In this document: positions 28,442 to 32,000 of the stretch, one piece after another
Position numbering within the stretch: the stretch's first letter is position 1
How the letters are laid out: each line of letters opens with the position of its first letter
Source: Nitratidesulfovibrio vulgaris str. Hildenborough
GTDB taxonomy: Bacteria > Desulfobacterota > Desulfovibrionia > Desulfovibrionales > Desulfovibrionaceae
Direction of reading: 5' to 3'
Assembly (NCBI RefSeq): GCF_000195755.1
Contig: NC_002937.3
Coordinates: 1,380,001 to 1,412,000 of the forward strand
Length of the DNA: 32,000 nucleotides
Translations under genes and position numbers: made by a program
Notes under the pieces: generated by a model
Databases searched by the model: none
What the model saw: only the letters and a program-made list of their open reading frames with translations
Told to the model about the DNA's origin: nothing

Positions 28442-29486
28442 CCGCCTCACATCGCGTTCGCGCGCCGCCGGTTGAGCGGCAAAGATTGCTCCGGGGGACC
28501 TGGAGCGTATTCTTGCGACGCTTCCCCGCGACCCGCGGGAAGGGGAGAGGGTGGTTGTAGGTACGCGTGACAATGAGGACGCAGCGATTGTCAGGGTGCC
28601 GGGCGGCAAAGCCATCGTCCAGACCCTTGATTTCTTCACACCCATCGTCGACGACCCGTATCTGTTCGGGCAGATAGCCGCAGCCAACGCCCTTTCTGAT
28701 GTCTACGCCATGGGAGGGGAACCGTGGTGCGCGTTGAATATCGTCTGTTTTCCCGTGAAGGAACTGCCGGAGGATATTCTCGCAGACATCCTGCGGGGCG
28801 GGGCCGACAAGGTGCGAGAGGCCGGCGCTGTTCTTGTCGGTGGCCATAGCATCGAAGATGAGAGCATCAAGTATGGTCTTTCCGTCACCGGCATCATCGA
28901 CCCTGATTGCTATGCTACAAACACAGGGCTTCGTCCCGGAGATGTGCTTCTGCTCACCAAGCCCCTTGGCAGTGGTGTGCTTGCCACGGCAGTGAAGGCC
29001 GGGTGGGATGGCTTTGAAGCGCATGAACAGGAACTTGGCAGGTGGGGGGCGATGCTGAACAGGGCAGGGGGACGGGTCATCCGCGAACTTGGCCTTGCCG
29101 CCGCAACCGACGTGACCGGCTTCGGGCTTGGCGGACACCTGCTTGAAATGGCCAATGCCTCGAACATGTCGGTGCATGTGGATGTCTCGACGTTGCCACT
29201 CATGCCCGCCGTGCTGGACCTCGTTGCTACCGGCTTGTTGCCTGCGGGAAGCCACGCCAACAGGCATTTCTGTTCCGGGAATGTGTCCGTGCATCCCGAA
29301 GTCGATTCCCTTCTTGTCGACATCGTGTTCGACGCGCAGACCTCGGGCGGGTTGATTCTTGCCGTGCCGCCGCATCTTGTTGATGACGCCTGTTCCATCC
29401 TGCGCGCTGAAGATGCCCCCTTCTGGCGTATCGGACATGTCGAAGAGATGGGCGAGGGCGTGCCGCGACTCGTCCTTCAGCCTTGA
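28431..29486 (+). CDS. selD: Selenide, water dikinase (selenophosphate synthetase), selenocysteine-containing; UGA at 28473-28475 read as Sec
   Basis: The ORF-track frame (28551-29486: ...DFFTPIVDDPYLFGQIAAANALSDVYAMGG...) extends upstream in frame to ATG 28431 (GGAG 6 nt upstream). The only interruption is the TGA at codon 15: MTVDRLTSRSRAAG-U-AAKIAPGDLERIL. This is the position of the catalytic Cys/Sec, with Lys at +3, in SelD. Confidence 0.85.
28488..28506 (+). promoter_or_regulatory. Candidate bacterial SECIS hairpin
   Basis: GCUCCGGG-GGA-CCUGGAGC (7 Watson-Crick pairs plus 1 G-U). It starts 12 nt after the UGA and has a G-rich apex. Confidence 0.45.
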
Positions 29487-29621
29487 GCCTGTCCTAATGC
29501 TTCGGGAAGTCGAATGTTTCTGGGTAAATGTCTCGACTTGCGCATAACTGTCACAAATGGTACACAAGCGGGCTTCGTGACAACGACGCGTTGTTGCGCG
29601 CTGCGCAACAACCCCGTGTGC

Positions 29622-29706
29622 GCGAGAGTGGCGGAATAGGTAGACGCACTGGACTTAGAATCCAGCGCCTTTGTGCGTGGGAGTTCGAGTCTCCCCTCTC
29701 GCACCA
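29622..29706 (+). tRNA. tRNA-Leu, anticodon UAG
   Basis: Acceptor GCGAGAG/CTCTCGC. D-arm GGCGGAATAGGTAGACGC. Anticodon stem CTGGA/TCCAG with loop CTTAGAA. Long variable arm. T-arm GGGAGTTCGAGTCTCCC. Encoded CCA. Confidence 0.95.
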
Positions 29707-29784
29707 GCTACAGGGCTGACAGCATGGCTGTCATAACTGTCCGTAAACGATATCACGCCCCACATCGAGGAGGAGCGTAGCGCC

Positions 29785-31086
29785 ATGGAATATAAGGTAG
29801 AAGACGTTTCGCCGGTCAAGAAGAAGGTCAACGTCACTGTTCCCGTCGAAGAGGTCGATGCCGCTCTTGGTGCCGCCATCGCCATGTACCGCACAAGCGT
29901 GAACCTCGACGGTTTCCGCAAGGGCAAGGTTCCCGCCTCCATCGTCGAGAACCGCTTCCGCAAGGAAATCTACGCCGAGGCGACGCAGGACCTCGTCAAC
30001 GTGCATATCAATGAAATTGTCACGTCTCTCGCAGTGTCTCCGCTTTCGCGCATCGATTTCGATGGCGGCGAGCTTGAGCGTGGCAAGGAGTTCTCGTACA
30101 CCATCTCCTTTGAAGTGATGCCGCAGTTCGATCTGCCCGACTACGAAGGCTTCGCTGTCGAACAGGAGAAGGCCGTCGTCGACGAGAAGGAAGTGGACGA
30201 GGTCATCGCCCGCATCCGTCGCAACATGGCTGAACTCGTGCCCGTCGCCGAAACCCGTCCGGGTGCAGACGGTGACGTGGTCGTGCTCGACTTCGCCGCT
30301 TTCGAGAACGGTGAGCCCATCGAAGGCGTCAGCGCCGAGAACTTCCAGCTTTCCCTCGGCGAGAAGCAGTCTCTCGAAGACTTCGAGAATCTGGTGAAGA
30401 CCATTCCCGCCGGTCAGGAGGCTGAAGGCCCCATCACCTTCCCCGATGACTTCCTGAACCCCGATTTCGCAGGCAAGACCGTGACCATGAAGGTCAAGGT
30501 CCATGCCGTGAAGGAACGCCGCCTGCCTGAAATCGACGACGCGCTGGCCCAGAAGGCCGGTGGCTTCGAGAGCATGGAGAAGATGCGCGAAACCGTCGTC
30601 ACCTCCTACATGCAGAGCCGCGAGCAGCTGCACAAGGCCACCGCGCAGAAGTCCATGCTGGACAAGCTGCTCAAGATGGTCGATTTCGCGCTGCCCGAAT
30701 CCATGGTCGACATGTATGTCGGCAACCTCATCGAAGACATGCGCGTCAAGATGGAGCGACAGGGCCGGGGGCTCGAGTCGCTCGGCAAGACTCCCGAACA
30801 GTTGCGTGAGCAGGTACTGCCCGAAGCGCAGCAGATCGCCCGCAGCCAGATCTTCCTGCTGGCCGCAGGCCGCAAGGAAGCTGTCGAAGTCTCCGAGCAG
30901 GAAGTGGATGGACAGCTGCAGCAGCTGGCCATGCGTTCCGGTCAGGATTTCGATACCCTGAAGGACTACTACGTCCGCAACGGCCTCATCTTCAATCTGC
31001 GTGACCGCCTGATCGCCGACAAGGCGATGGACGCCATCTACGCCAAGGCCAATGTCACGATGGTAGACCCTGCGCCCGCAGCCTAG
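29785..31086 (+). CDS. tig: Trigger factor
   Basis: 433 aa. The N-terminal ribosome-binding motif is present (GFRKGKVP). Canonical tig-clpP-clpX context. Confidence 0.95.
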   Translation: MEYKVEDVSPVKKKVNVTVPVEEVDAALGAAIAMYRTSVNLDGFRKGKVPASIVENRFRKEIYAEATQDLVNVHINEIVTSLAVSPLSRIDFDGGELERGKEFSYTISFEVMPQFDLPDYEGFAVEQEKAVVDEKEVDEVIARIRRNMAELVPVAETRPGADGDVVVLDFAAFENGEPIEGVSAENFQLSLGEKQSLEDFENLVKTIPAGQEAEGPITFPDDFLNPDFAGKTVTMKVKVHAVKERRLPEIDDALAQKAGGFESMEKMRETVVTSYMQSREQLHKATAQKSMLDKLLKMVDFALPESMVDMYVGNLIEDMRVKMERQGRGLESLGKTPEQLREQVLPEAQQIARSQIFLLAAGRKEAVEVSEQEVDGQLQQLAMRSGQDFDTLKDYYVRNGLIFNLRDRLIADKAMDAIYAKANVTMVDPAPAA

Positions 31087-31116
31087 GGCTGCGCCTCGGC
31101 GAACGTCGAAGCGTAA

Positions 31117-31143
31117 CGGGGAGCGCCCAGGCGCTCCCCTTTT
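31117..31143 (+). terminator. Rho-independent terminator after tig
   Basis: Stem GGGGAGCGC/GCGCTCCCC with CCAG loop, then T5. Confidence 0.8.
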
Positions 31144-31272
31144 TCGTCCTGTGTGCGACTGTCGCCCTTGTGGTGGCTACGCCTCTTCTGTTATCAATCA
31201 GGGTGTGCTCGACATCAGGCGCTCCAGAAAACGCCCTGAGACGCACAGCATATCGCCATCGAGGAGTCTCAC

Positions 31273-31878
31273 ATGCCAGTGCCGATAGTCATCGAATCGA
31301 CCGGACGCGCAGAGCGCGCCTATGATATCTATTCCCGTCTGCTCAAGGACCGTATCGTCCTGCTGGGAACCCCCATCGACGATCAGGTCGCCTCGCTCAT
31401 ATGCGCACAGCTGCTCTTTCTCGAATCGGAGAATCCGGAGAAAGAGATACACATGTACATCAATTCCCCTGGTGGCTCCGTGACGGCGGGCATGGCGATC
31501 TATGACACCATGCAGTACATCAATTCGCCCGTATCCACGCTGTGCATGGGGCAGGCGGCCAGCATGGGAGCGTTGCTTCTGGCTGCAGGCGCGCCGGGGC
31601 TGCGTTTCTCCCTGCCGCATAGCCGTATCATGATCCACCAGCCCTCCGGGGGCTTTCAGGGACAGGCCACGGACATCGACATTCAGGCGCGCGAAGTACT
31701 GCGACTCAAGCAGAGCCTGAACGCCATCATGAGCCAGCACACCGGCAAGCCGCTGGAACAGGTTGCGCTTGATACCGAGCGTGATTACTTCATGGGGCCT
31801 GAAGAGGCCCAGGCCTATGGCCTGATCGACCGTGTGCTCACCTCGCGTAGCGAGGCCACAGATACCATTTCCAAGTAG
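31273..31878 (+). CDS. clpP: ATP-dependent Clp protease proteolytic subunit
   Basis: 201 aa. [12 protein letters not shown]... Catalytic-Ser context GQAASMGA. His context IMIHQP. Confidence 0.97.
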   Translation: MPVPIVIESTGRAERAYDIYSRLLKDRIVLLGTPIDDQVASLICAQLLFLESENPEKEIHMYINSPGGSVTAGMAIYDTMQYINSPVSTLCMGQAASMGALLLAAGAPGLRFSLPHSRIMIHQPSGGFQGQATDIDIQAREVLRLKQSLNAIMSQHTGKPLEQVALDTERDYFMGPEEAQAYGLIDRVLTSRSEATDTISK

Positions 31879-31888
31879 GGTACCATCA

Positions 31889-32000
31889 ATGTCCAGCAAT
31901 ACCGGCGGTTCCGACCGCGAATTGCGCTGCTCGTTCTGCGCCAAGGGGCAGGATGAGGTGAAGAGGCTCATCGCCGGGCCGGGCGTATACATCTGCGACG
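31889..32000 (+). CDS. clpX: ClpX ATPase, 5' fragment (runs off the window)
   Basis: Hand translation gives [37 protein letters not shown]..., the ClpX N-terminal zinc-binding domain. Confidence 0.9.
   Translation, partial: MSSNTGGSDRELRCSFCAKGQDEVKRLIAGPGVYICD

Noticed and set aside
31144-31272. Search for a sigma32 heat-shock or sigma54 promoter upstream of clpP
   Set aside because: No CTTGAA...CCCCAT pair and no TGGCAC-N5-TTGC pair at sensible spacing. Only loose partial matches were seen.
28377-31992. Minus-strand ORFs of 396, 300 and 264 aa antisense to selD, tig and clpP
   Set aside because: Antisense artefacts opposite conserved genes, with no motifs and no RBS.

Overview
GC-rich core chromosome segment with the gene content and order of a Desulfovibrio-type sulfate reducer (Desulfovibrionaceae); the taxon is inferred from gene content only. 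Minus strand, left to right: the complete dsrMKJOP membrane redox complex operon (84-5051), a small conserved cytoplasmic protein directly upstream of it, a VKOR-like/thioredoxin-fold fusion membrane protein, and sulfate adenylyltransferase (sat). One plus-strand YgjP/DUF45-type metallohydrolase gene sits among them. From 9.6 kb to 27.4 kb the plus strand carries the ribosomal superoperon: rpsL-rpsG-fusA, a 649-nt non-coding spacer, then rpsJ through rplQ including secY, map and rpoA. After that come a LysR regulator overlapping a selenocysteine-containing selD, tRNA-Leu(UAG), tig, clpP and the 5' end of clpX. I found no mobile elements, CRISPR arrays, defence islands or obviously foreign DNA, and I do not see a convincing new multi-gene system. 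The points worth a second look are smaller. (1) selD has an in-frame UGA with a SECIS-like hairpin, and the ORF track truncates the gene. (2) The fusA-rpsJ spacer lacks tuf and is structured, with promoter-like and terminator elements at its ends. (3) The VKOR-Trx fusion lies near dsr and sat. (4) A 179-aa gene is coupled to dsrM, behind a promoter with a perfect 14-bp palindrome. (5) A Rex-type operator lies upstream of sat. (6) Several ribosomal proteins, including uL24, are in Cys4 zinc-ribbon form. The many long ORFs antisense to these genes are treated as GC-rich artefacts.
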